Below are positions 10,483 to 19,700 of a stretch of 24,246 bases of DNA, one piece after another. The stretch is from the NCBI GenBank assembly GCA_046754105.1, contig JBHHVD010000048.1:1-24246 (forward strand), given 5' to 3'. The position numbers were made by a program, and so were the translations under genes. The first letter of the stretch is position 1. Each line of letters opens with the position of its first letter. The notes below the pieces were generated by a model. That model searched no databases. It was not told the origin of the DNA and saw nothing but the letters and a program-made list of their open reading frames with translations. The DNA comes from Candidatus Krumholzibacteriia bacterium (lineage in GTDB: Bacteria > Krumholzibacteriota > Krumholzibacteriia > WVZY01).

Positions 10483-11211
10483 ATGACACATGCATCGGTG
10501 ATACTTGCGGCGGGCAAGGGTACGCGAATGAGTAGCGACCTGCCGAAGGTCCTCCACGAAGTCGCGGGGCGGCCGATGGTTGCCCACGTGATCGACGCGG
10601 TGAAGCCGCTGTGCGGGGAGCGGGTCTATCTCGTGGTCGGCTATCGGGCCGACGAGGTGATCGACGGGCTTCGGGGGTGTGGGGTGACGTTCGTCCTGCA
10701 GGAGGAGCAACTGGGCACGGGACACGCCGTGTTGCGATGCGAGCAAGCGCTGGCCGATTTTGAGGGGACGGTCGTGGTGTTGAACGGCGACGTGCCGTGC
10801 CTGAGCGCGGATACCGTCCGGGAACTGTGCGATTTCCACACCGAGCGGCGGGCCGCCGCTACGGTCCTGACGGCCGAACTCGACGACCCCACCGGTTACG
10901 GCCGTATCGTGCGGGATGAGGCTGGAGCGCTGGCGGCGATTGTAGAGGAAAAGGACGCCGACGCTGCTACGCGCCGGGTCCGCGAGATCAACTCGGGACT
11001 CTTCTGTTTCGAGAAGGCAAGGCTCTTCGACGCACTCGCGGAAACCGGTCGCGACAATGCCCAAAATGAGTACTACCTGACCGACGTCATACGAGTGCTG
11101 AAGACGAAGGGAGAGAGGGTGGAAGGTTATTGCGTGGGGGATGCACGCGAGGTGGCGGGGGTCAATACGGACCGAGAACTTCAGGGCGTCCGCGAATACC
11201 TAAGAGGCTGA
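10483..11211 (+). CDS. Sugar-phosphate nucleotidyltransferase, GlmU N-terminal (uridyltransferase) domain only
   Basis: ILAAGKGTRMSSDLPKVLH, QEEQLGTGHAV, LNGDVP, DPTGYGRIVR, IVEEKDA, EINSG, NAQNEYYLTD, GVN; stops at 242 aa with no hexapeptide acetyltransferase domain. Confidence 0.9.
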   Translation: MTHASVILAAGKGTRMSSDLPKVLHEVAGRPMVAHVIDAVKPLCGERVYLVVGYRADEVIDGLRGCGVTFVLQEEQLGTGHAVLRCEQALADFEGTVVVLNGDVPCLSADTVRELCDFHTERRAAATVLTAELDDPTGYGRIVRDEAGALAAIVEEKDADAATRRVREINSGLFCFEKARLFDALAETGRDNAQNEYYLTDVIRVLKTKGERVEGYCVGDAREVAGVNTDRELQGVREYLRG

Positions 11212-11253
11212 CCTGCGGGCTTGCCGTTCTTTGTTGACGGATTGGGGCTGATT

Positions 11254-11733
11254 GTGGAGAGAATCTACGCACCATGGAGGACCGAATACTTGAACAGTGA
11301 CCGGAGTGGCGAGTGTCTTTTTTGCAAACTTCTCGCGGAGCGTGACGACGAGAAGAACTGGATTCTGCATCGGGGCGACCACTGTTTCGTCATCATCAAT
11401 ACCTACCCGTACTCGAACGGCCACGTGATGGTTGTGTGTAATCGCCACGTCGACCGCTTCGCCGAGCTATCCCCGCAAGAGAGCGTGGAATTGATGGAGA
11501 TGGTGTCGCTCTGTGAGAAAGCCGTCTTCGACTCGTACAAGCCCGGCGGGATCAACATGGGTGCCAACCTGGGGCGGAGCGCCGGCGCGGGTATCCTGGG
11601 CCATCTGCACGTGCACCTCGTGCCGCGCTGGCAGGGGGATACCAATTTCATGACCGCGGTCGGCGAGACGCGGGTGGTGTCGGAAGATCTCGCCGAGACC
11701 TGCAAGCGGTTAAAACCGTATTTCAAGAGTTGA
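11254..11733 (+). CDS. HIT family protein (Ap4A hydrolase/phosphorylase-like subgroup)
   Basis: IYAPWR, CLFC, NTYPYSNGHVMVV, NMGANLGRSAGAG, HLHVHLVPRWQGDTNFM; GTG 11254 likely start. Confidence 0.92.
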   Translation: MERIYAPWRTEYLNSDRSGECLFCKLLAERDDEKNWILHRGDHCFVIINTYPYSNGHVMVVCNRHVDRFAELSPQESVELMEMVSLCEKAVFDSYKPGGINMGANLGRSAGAGILGHLHVHLVPRWQGDTNFMTAVGETRVVSEDLAETCKRLKPYFKS

Positions 11734-11757
11734 CATGAGTCACGAGGTTCCGCGGGG

Positions 11758-12219
11758 GTGATCCGTTTGGCGAGACGCAGGAAGAGAAAGACGAAGCACC
11801 GCAACCATTCACAGGACCTGCTGCTGGTTCTCATGGGGGCCGTGCTGATGCTGTGCGCGTTGTCGATCTTCTACGGATACCGCGTCCGGCAGTCATTCGC
11901 CGACCAGGAGCTGAGAGAACTCCGTATCGAACTGCTCAACGGCACCGGCGAGCACGGGTTGGCCGCGAGGGCCGCGGCGGCGCTCAGGAGGGCAAATGTA
12001 GACGTCTTCGAGGTGAGGAATGCCGACCGCTTCGATTACCGCGAATCCGTTCTGATTGCCCGCAAGAAGGACCGCGACCTGGGCGTCCTGGCGAAGAAGC
12101 TTGGTTGCGACAACGTGATTCAGGCGCTGGTGGACGATTCTATCGTTGACGCCACGCTGATTCTTGGTGCAGATTATCAGACGCTGAGCCTGGGCCTGAG
12201 ACGAGATTCCGGGTTGTAA
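11758..12219 (+). CDS. Single-pass membrane protein with LytR C-terminal (LytR_C) domain
   Basis: Basic N-tail, one TM helix, IELLNGTGEHGLAARAA, VRNADRFDY, DATLILGADY; start may be TTG 11767. Confidence 0.85.
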   Translation: MIRLARRRKRKTKHRNHSQDLLLVLMGAVLMLCALSIFYGYRVRQSFADQELRELRIELLNGTGEHGLAARAAAALRRANVDVFEVRNADRFDYRESVLIARKKDRDLGVLAKKLGCDNVIQALVDDSIVDATLILGADYQTLSLGLRRDSGL

Positions 12220-12256
12220 GCGGGCGGCGTATTGCGTACTCTGGCAGGAGGTCGAG

Positions 12257-12529
12257 GTGGCCTACAGAAGGCGGGCGCTGGGCATCGTAGCCCTGGTACT
12301 GTTTCTCGGTGTCGTGGTCGGCACGGTGACGGGAGAGGTGATCGGCCTGTTGCTGCCCGAAGGAAGGGCCATCCGGGACGTTTTTGTGAGCTCTACCGAC
12401 CTTCACGTGGGCCCGCTGCATCTGGACCTCGTCGTCTTCAGCTTCACGTTTGGTTTCTCGCTCAAGGTGAACCTGATGAGTGCGGTGGGTATATTCGCGG
12501 TGGCACTCGTGTTGCGCTGGTACTGGTAG
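12257..12529 (+). CDS. Small membrane protein, DUF4321-like
   Basis: SD AGGAGG before GTG; TM helix with GxxxGxxxGE, then LHLDLVVFSFTFGFSLKVNLMSAVG and a second hydrophobic segment. Confidence 0.75.
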   Translation: MAYRRRALGIVALVLFLGVVVGTVTGEVIGLLLPEGRAIRDVFVSSTDLHVGPLHLDLVVFSFTFGFSLKVNLMSAVGIFAVALVLRWYW

Positions 12530-12545
12530 GAAAGGAAATCAGGGA

Positions 12546-12764
12546 ATGATACCGCAACTCGCTTTGATCGGTCCCCTGGGGTGGTCGGAACTCCTCATTA
12601 TATTCTTCATCATTCTCATCATTTTCGGGCCGAGAAAGCTGCCCGAAGTGGCGGAAGCCTTCGGGAAATCGATTCAGAAATTCAAAAAGGCATCGCGGGA
12701 GGTTCGGGATGAAATCGGAGTCAACCCGGACGACGACGGCGGCCCCACCGCGCCGAAGACCTAG
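12546..12764 (+). CDS. tatA: Twin-arginine translocase TatA/TatE subunit
   Basis: LGWSELLIIFFIILIIFGPRKLPEVAEAFGKSIQKFKKA: TM helix, FG hinge, amphipathic helix. Confidence 0.93.
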   Translation: MIPQLALIGPLGWSELLIIFFIILIIFGPRKLPEVAEAFGKSIQKFKKASREVRDEIGVNPDDDGGPTAPKT

Positions 12765-12785
12765 CGCACCCGCGGCAGGTTCGCT

Positions 12786-14567
12786 CTAGGTCCGCAGATC
12801 CTCTATGCGGCTCGCCGCCTTGAGCGACTCGTACCAGTCGCCCACGTACGCCTGTATCTTCTGGTTCCGAAGGAGATCCCGCAACACGGGTATGCGCTCC
12901 TTGTAGTCCTCCGGGTCGATTTCGGATCGCTCGAGCAGTTGAAAGACAACGAACGACCCGCCGACCTCAATGGGCGGAGCGACGGCCCCCTTTTTCACCG
13001 ACAAGGCTGCCTCGGCGAGTTCGCTGTTCGGGCCGAACCCGTCGAGGTCATCCTGTGCCCGGAACGGCTCCGGCGTCTTCACCGCCACGCCGTACGTTCT
13101 GGCCGACGTGTCGAAGTCCGAGGCGCGTGCCTTCTGGAAGAAGGCGCCGGCGTTCATCTCCGTCAGTGCCTTTTTTCTCTCGTGGATCACGCGCCCGCTC
13201 ACCACGTCACGCACCTCGGAAAGAGGTCTCACGCTGCTGGGCAGGCGCTCGGCGACACGCGCGATGAAGATCGTATTTTCATCACGAAGGACTTCGCTGA
13301 GCGCTCCCAGCTCGGCCTGAAAACCGAAGTTGCTGAGCGAAGGAACGAAGCCGATCGTGCCCACGGGAGCGCCTTCCGGGAACGGTTCCGGTGCCAGAGC
13401 CTCCAACTGCCGCTCGGCGGCGGCGGTCTGCAAGTCGGTCTCGAGCGCACGCGTGCGCACCTCGGAGGCAACGTCGTAGAGAGAATCCACCGTCTGCCGG
13501 CTCAGCGCCGTCTCCACGAAGACCTCCTGCGCGCTGTATTCGGACTGGCCGGAGTCGCCTGCCCGCTTTTCCAGTAATTTCAAGACAAAATAGCCCTCCT
13601 CCGTGAGGACGGGGGCGCCGATTTCGCCGGGCGACAATGCGTCCAACGCGTCGAAGTACGCGTCGTCACGTTGACCGCGCACGATGAAGCCCGTGTTGCC
13701 GTCGGCGAACGCCGTTGGCGCGTCGGAAAAGGTCTTCGCCAGGTCCGCGAAGGTATCTCCGGACTCCAGCTTTTCGCGCACGTGCCGTGCCGTGAACGCC
13801 GCGTCGTCGAAATCGCTCCGGCTTGGCTCCAGCGGGATGCGCACGATATCGAGACGTACCTTGTCCGGTTCCTCGAACTCGTCGATGTGCTTCCGGTAGT
13901 ACTCTTCGATCTCCTCGTCGGAAGGTGTGAAATCCTCGAGCACCGTGTCCTCTACTGGAAACATCGCGTATTGCAGCTTCAGCTCGACGGCCTCGCCGTC
14001 GTACGCGCGACGGATTTCTTCCTCGCTGACGTGTACCTGCGCGGACAGATACCCATTGAGCTTGGCCCGTGGAATGCGATCACGCGCCAGCTGTTCGAGG
14101 TTGGTCCAGTCATTTGCCGGGTTGCTCAGTTCGGCCTGGTAGCGGTTGTTGTCGAAGTTGCCCTGCTCGTCCACGAAATACTGTCGGATTTCCTCCGGGG
14201 GCGACGTTCTCAGGTACGCCACGATTTCCTCGTCGGTCACCGTGATGCCCAGCCTCCTGATTTCCTGGTCGGTGAGCACGGCGTAGACCAGCTGGTCCCA
14301 CGCCTGCGCGCGGACGAACTCTTCTTGCGCATAACTGAGCGATTGGTTGGGTGAACTCGCCCGGAACTGCTCTGCGAGCTGTTGGTACACGAGCTGGTAC
14401 TGCGATCGCGAAATCGCAACGCCGTTGACTTTTCCGATGACGTTGGGGTCGCCGCTTCCCGATCCCGTCTGCAGGTCGAGACCCCAAACGGCGAAGATCG
14501 TTACAACGAAAGCGCTCACCACGATCCACAGCACTACCTTCGTGTTTTCCCGCATCTTACGCATCAT
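12786..14567 (-). CDS. PpiD/SurA-like membrane-anchored periplasmic chaperone with parvulin-like domain
   Basis: MMRKMRENTKVVLWIVV TM anchor, IGKVNGVAIS, RRLGITVTDEEI (SurA_N), FADLAKTFSD...GNTGF (parvulin-like); start ATG 14567. Confidence 0.88.
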   Translation of the reverse strand: MMRKMRENTKVVLWIVVSAFVVTIFAVWGLDLQTGSGSGDPNVIGKVNGVAISRSQYQLVYQQLAEQFRASSPNQSLSYAQEEFVRAQAWDQLVYAVLTDQEIRRLGITVTDEEIVAYLRTSPPEEIRQYFVDEQGNFDNNRYQAELSNPANDWTNLEQLARDRIPRAKLNGYLSAQVHVSEEEIRRAYDGEAVELKLQYAMFPVEDTVLEDFTPSDEEIEEYYRKHIDEFEEPDKVRLDIVRIPLEPSRSDFDDAAFTARHVREKLESGDTFADLAKTFSDAPTAFADGNTGFIVRGQRDDAYFDALDALSPGEIGAPVLTEEGYFVLKLLEKRAGDSGQSEYSAQEVFVETALSRQTVDSLYDVASEVRTRALETDLQTAAAERQLEALAPEPFPEGAPVGTIGFVPSLSNFGFQAELGALSEVLRDENTIFIARVAERLPSSVRPLSEVRDVVSGRVIHERKKALTEMNAGAFFQKARASDFDTSARTYGVAVKTPEPFRAQDDLDGFGPNSELAEAALSVKKGAVAPPIEVGGSFVVFQLLERSEIDPEDYKERIPVLRDLLRNQKIQAYVGDWYESLKAASRIEDLRT

Positions 14568-14624
14568 AAAGCATCGTACTCCCGGGGATTCGATTTGTTG
14601 TCGTATCGCTGATCGGCCGCGCCG

Positions 14625-14654
14625 AGAATAACACATTCAGCGGGTCGGAGGCAA
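14625..14654 (-). promoter_or_regulatory. Putative promoter of the ppiD-like gene
   Basis: On the - strand: TTGCCT, 18 nt spacer, TATTCT, with extended -10 TGn. Confidence 0.5.
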
Positions 14655-14724
14655 CACTCACCTGGACACATAGCGTTCCTGTTCACAAGCGTTTATGCTG
14701 TTTCCATCCGGCCGACGCCTTTGA

Positions 14725-14754
14725 TTGACAGGCGTCCGCGCGTGGTGGTACCGT
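14725..14754 (+). promoter_or_regulatory. Putative promoter of the M23-dnaE-OMP-accA unit
   Basis: Perfect TTGACA (14725-14730), 18 nt spacer, TACCGT (14749-14754) preceded by TGG (extended -10). Confidence 0.55.
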
Positions 14755-14776
14755 AGGCCCGGTACGAGGGATTCTC

Positions 14777-16777
14777 ATGCTTATACGCCGCAAAACCTCT
14801 TTGATATCCACGTTTTTTCTCCTGGGTACGGGCGCGACCCTCGGCGCGATCGTGGAGGGGGGGGTGGAGCCCGGACGGCCGTGGCCGCTGCCCATTACGA
14901 TCAACCTGACGTCGAGCTTCGCCGAATACCGGGCGGGGCATCTGCACGCCGGTCTCGACATCAAGACATACGGGCGCGAGGGCGTACGTTGCATCGCGAT
15001 CGGCAACGGTTACGTCTCACGCCTGCGATCGTCGCCCGACGGCTACGGTAAAGCGGTCTACCTGACCCTGGACGGCGGCGAGATAGCCGTTTATGCGCAC
15101 CTCAGCGAATTCTCGCCGCAGCTGGAACGAGCGCTCTACGAAGCGCAGAAGGAGGAAAACCGATACCGGGTGGACGTCTACTTCGACCGGGACCGCTTCC
15201 CCGTCAAACAGGGTGACGTGCTGGCGTACACGGGCAGAACGGGAGCGAGCGCGCCGCATCTTCATTTCGAATTCCGTGACGGTGACCAAAACCCTGTAAA
15301 CCCGCTGTCGCACGGATGGTCGCTGGAAGACAAGCAAGCCCCGGGCGTGCGCGGCGCGGTGTGGGTGCCGCTGGGTGCGGAATCGCGAATCGACGGGGCG
15401 TGCCGGGCGCGGGACGTCGAGGTTCAGCGGGTCGGCCCCGACACCTACGCGGTCGTCGACACCGTACGCATACGAGGACCGGTCGGCGTGGGGGCCCACA
15501 TTGTGGACAGGCTCAACGGCACGTCCGGCCGCCTGGCACCGTACCGGGTCGAGTTGAGCGTAGACGGCGTCATGATCACCTCGGTGCAAATGGAGCGGTT
15601 CTCGTACGGTCACACGGGCGAGGTCGAACTGGCGTATGATATGGAACGTGTGCGCCGCTACAACCGACATTATCTGCTTCTTTTCCGGCGCGAAGGGGAG
15701 TCCCTTTGGAACCGTGAATTCCGCGGCGGTGGCGTCATAGACCCCGCGCGTTTGGAGAACGGGGGGGCGCGCGCACACACGGCGGTTGTTCGAGCGATCG
15801 ATCGCGCCGGCAACGTCAGCGTGACGATGATTCCGTTCGTGAGTGATGACGGCGGGCCGGGAGCGCCCGGCAGCACCGCCGGCGACGGCGGGCCGGACGG
15901 GTGTTATTTCTTTGGAGACCTGATGAGCGTCGAGAAGACGGCGCTGGTGCCGGAACGGGGCGCGGCGCGCGCTTCCAGCCGGGACCGGTTGCAACTGGCC
16001 TTCCGCGTGGACGACCTGCCCGGCGGGACGATGCAGCTGACCCCCGCGGGCACGGGCCGGGTGTTTCATGTATTCGCCGTGCACGGAGGGGAGTCGATTG
16101 TGGGGGACGTGGCGAGCCTGGGGGCCGGCGTATCGACGAACGAGCGGTCGCTGTACGCGAGCGCGTTCTTGTACCTGTCCGCCTGGCCGCACGAGGCAGC
16201 GCCGTCCGCGGAACTCCAATCGATCGTCTCCCCGGTGGAAGTGGGGCCCACCTCGCTCGTTTTCAAGCGATCGGCCGGGCTGCGCATGGCGCTGGACGGG
16301 AAAGCGGACGGCAGGGAAGCGGTATATCGCCTGGACGAGCGCAAGAAGGAGTGGTCGTACAACCAATCGCGCGTGCGGGGCGACACGGTGTACACGAGCA
16401 TCCGCTCACCGGGGGTCTACGGTGTGTTCGTCGATGCGGAAGCGCCACGAATTGCCGAACTGTCGCTGGCGAAACGAAAGAGCTACGCCACGGGCGAGGC
16501 CTTGCCCGAAATAGTAATCGCGCTCGTGGATGAAGGAAGTGGAATCGATCCGGACCTCAGCGAGGTGCGATTGAACGGCGAACGCCAGGTCGCGCGCTGG
16601 GACGGTTTTGCAAAGAAGATGTTCGTGCTGCTACGGGAACCGGTGCCCGAAGGAGCATACGAAGTGTCGGTGGTTGCCGTGGACCGCGCCGGTAACCGGG
16701 CGATACGCCAGAGCCGGATCGAGCTCTCGTCGCACTCGGGTGGCATTGGGGAGGAAACCGAAGACAATGCCCAGTAG
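14777..16777 (+). CDS. Secreted M23 family metallopeptidase with long C-terminal beta-rich/Ig-like extension
   Basis: Signal peptide; LTSSFAEYRAGHLHAGLD (HxxxD), GYGKAVY, YAHLSEF, GRTGASAPHLHFE (HxH), VNPL; C-terminal DAEAPRI...DEGSGID...DRAGN module. Confidence 0.9.
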   Translation: MLIRRKTSLISTFFLLGTGATLGAIVEGGVEPGRPWPLPITINLTSSFAEYRAGHLHAGLDIKTYGREGVRCIAIGNGYVSRLRSSPDGYGKAVYLTLDGGEIAVYAHLSEFSPQLERALYEAQKEENRYRVDVYFDRDRFPVKQGDVLAYTGRTGASAPHLHFEFRDGDQNPVNPLSHGWSLEDKQAPGVRGAVWVPLGAESRIDGACRARDVEVQRVGPDTYAVVDTVRIRGPVGVGAHIVDRLNGTSGRLAPYRVELSVDGVMITSVQMERFSYGHTGEVELAYDMERVRRYNRHYLLLFRREGESLWNREFRGGGVIDPARLENGGARAHTAVVRAIDRAGNVSVTMIPFVSDDGGPGAPGSTAGDGGPDGCYFFGDLMSVEKTALVPERGAARASSRDRLQLAFRVDDLPGGTMQLTPAGTGRVFHVFAVHGGESIVGDVASLGAGVSTNERSLYASAFLYLSAWPHEAAPSAELQSIVSPVEVGPTSLVFKRSAGLRMALDGKADGREAVYRLDERKKEWSYNQSRVRGDTVYTSIRSPGVYGVFVDAEAPRIAELSLAKRKSYATGEALPEIVIALVDEGSGIDPDLSEVRLNGERQVARWDGFAKKMFVLLREPVPEGAYEVSVVAVDRAGNRAIRQSRIELSSHSGGIGEETEDNAQ

Positions 16778-19700
16778 CTTCGTTCATTTGCACGTCCATT
16801 CCGAGTACAGCCTCCTCGACGGTTCGATCCAGGTCGAAAAACTCGTCCGGCGGGCCAAAGACCTCGACATGACCGCGCTGGCGTTGACCGACCACGGCAA
16901 CATGTTCGGCGCGGTCAAGTTTTACAGAACGGCGCGCAAGTACGGCATCAAGCCGATTCTCGGTATGGAGGCCTACGTTACGCGGGGAAACCGGTGGGAC
17001 AAAGCGAAGAAAAAGGGCGAGCTGGCGCAGATAAACCACCTGGTGCTGCTCGCGCGGGACCGCCAGGGTTACGAGAACCTCATGCGGTTGTCATCCATTG
17101 GTTATCTGGAGGGCTTCTATTACAAACCCCGTATAGATATGGAGGTCCTGCGCAAGTACAGCGGCGGCCTGCTCGGGCTGAGCGCCTGCTTGCGGGGAGA
17201 CATCGCCCAGACGGTCCTGCATGACGGCCTCGAAGAGGCCCGGAAAAAGGTTGATCGCTATCTCGATATCTTTGGCGAGGACGGTTTCTACCTCGAGCTT
17301 CAGGATCACGGCATAGAGGACGAACTCAGAGTCAGAGACGGTGTCAAACAGCTCGCCAACGAGACCGGTGTCCCGCTGGTGGCGACCAATGACGCGCACT
17401 ACCTTGCCCGCGACGACAGCGAGGCGCACGAAGTCCTGCTGTGCCTGCAGACGGGAAGCGACTTCGAGGATCCAAAGCGGTTTCGGTTTCGCACCAACGA
17501 ACTGTATTTCAAGGATGCGGCGGAAATGGCGGAGTTGTTTGCCGACGCTCCCGAGGCGGTCGAGAATTCGCTCGCCGTAGCCGATCGCTGTGACGTGGTT
17601 CTCGAAGATGGCCGTTTCCACCTGCCCAGTTTTCCGCTGCCGGAAACGCACGGCTCGAACGCGGAGTACTTGAGACACCTCGCGTACGAAGGGGCGAAAC
17701 AGCGTTTCTCTACACCGGGTGAGGACGTGATCGAGCGCCTGGAGTACGAGCTCTCCGTCATAGATAAGATGGGTTACAACGGCTACTTCCTCGTTGTGCG
17801 CGACATCGTCAACTTCGCACGCGGCCAGGGTGTTGCCGTCGGCCCGGGTCGCGGAAGTGCGGCGGGCAGCCTTCTCTGTTACGTGCTCGGCATAACCGAC
17901 GTCGACCCACTGGAGCACGGGCTGCTCTTCGAGCGTATGCTCAATCCGGAACGCGTCAGCATGCCCGACATCGATATCGATTTCTGTTTCGAGCGCCGTG
18001 ACGAAGTGATCAAGTACGTTATCGAGCGCTACGGCAAGGAGAACGTCTGCCAGATCATCACATTCGGGACCATGGCCGCGCGGGGGGTTGTACGCGACGT
18101 GGGCCGGGTGCTGAAAATCGCGTACGGGGACGTGGATCGGATTGCCAAGCTGATCCCGTCGGCGCCGGGAACTTCGCTCGAGGAAGCACTGAGATCGGTC
18201 CCCGAGCTCAAGAAACTCACGGACGGCGACCCGGCGTACCGCAAGCTGATCGGCCTCTCATTGACGCTCGAGGGTATCACCCGCCACGCCTCGATCCACG
18301 CTGCGGGCATGATCATCACCCCGACGCCGTTGATGAACCACCTGCCGCTGTACCGCACGAACAAGGGCGAGGTAACCAGCCAGTATGACATGAAAAGCGC
18401 GGAATCCGTTGGGTTGTTGAAGATCGACATCCTCGGCCTGCGCACTCTCACGGTGATCGATCATGCGGTGCGGATGATCAAGAAGAACCACGGCACCACA
18501 ATCGATCCGGCACGGATCCCGCTCGACGACCCGCGAACTTTCGAATTGCTCAAGAAGGCGGAGACCATCGGCGTCTTTCAGTTGGAAAGCGCGGGAATGC
18601 GAGAGCTGCTGAAGAATCTGCAGCCGGAGACCTTCAGCGATATCATCGCGGTCAACGCCCTGTACCGTCCGGGCCCGCTGGGCAGCGACATGGTGAGCAC
18701 GTTCGTCGACTGTAAACAAGGTCGCAAGAAGATCGTCTACGACCATCCGATGCTCGAACCCATCCTGCGGGAGACCTACGGCGTCATCCTGTACCAGGAA
18801 CAGGTGATGAGGGTCGCCAGTACGATGGCGGGATTCCGCCTGGGCGAGGCGGACCTGTTGCGCAAGGCGATGGGCAAGAAAGACCAGGCGGTGATGGCGG
18901 AGCAGCGCAAGAAGTTCGTTGCCGGTGCGAAGGACAACGGCATTGCCCGTCAAAAGTCGGGCAGGATTTTCGACCTGATGGAGAAGTTCGCCCGCTACGG
19001 GTTCAACAAGTCGCACAGCGCGGCGTACGCCGTGATCTCGGTCCGCACGGCCTTTCTCAAAGCAAATTACCCCGCGGAGTTCACGGCCGCCAACCTGACG
19101 AGTGAAATGGACGACAGCGACCGCATCACGATCCTGCTCGATGACGCGCGCAACCAGGGGATCGAGGTCGTCCCGCCGGACGTAAACCGCTGTGACGTCG
19201 AATTCAAAGTGGAGGCGGGCAGGATCTTCTTCGGACTCGCCGCGGTGAAGAACGTGGGGGCGAAAGCGGTTCGACAGGTGGTTGACGAGAGAGAGCAGAA
19301 CGGTGAGTTCAAATCGCTTTTCGATTTCTGCTCGCGCGTGAGCTCGCGTATCGTCAACCGCAGGGGGGTGGAGAGTCTGATCCAGGCCGGCGCGTTCGAC
19401 GGCGTGCCGGGCCATCGTGCGCAGAAAATCGCGGGTCTCGACCGTGTCATGGAGAAAGCCGCGCGCAGCTCTCAGGACGCGGAAAAAGGGCAGTTCGGCC
19501 TCTTCGCCGGGGATGACACGTACATCGACGACGCGCTAGAGGTCTGCGAGGAGTGGTCCACACATGAGAAACTGGCCCACGAGAAGGAATCACTGGGGTT
19601 TTTTCTCTCCGGGCATCCCCTGGACAAGTTCAAGAACTTGCTGCGCATCCTCGGCACCGTATCCACTTCGGAGTTGAAGAATAGTGCGAACGGCAAGCAC

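Noticed and set aside
11730..11760. TTGACA at the HIT stop codon as an internal promoter
   Set aside because: No plausible -10 box at 16-19 nt
14777..14850. RR in the signal peptides of the M23 and C25 proteins as Tat motifs
   Set aside because: Neither matches S/T-R-R-x-F-L-K; both look like ordinary Sec signals
16608..16766. 53-aa N-terminal extension of DnaE
   Set aside because: Lies within the M23 gene; ATG 16767 has an SD and gives the typical FVHLH start
15017..19415. Long - strand ORFs (449, 275 and 385 aa) opposite the M23 gene and dnaE
   Set aside because: Fully overlapped by well-supported genes; Arg/Val/His-rich antisense composition
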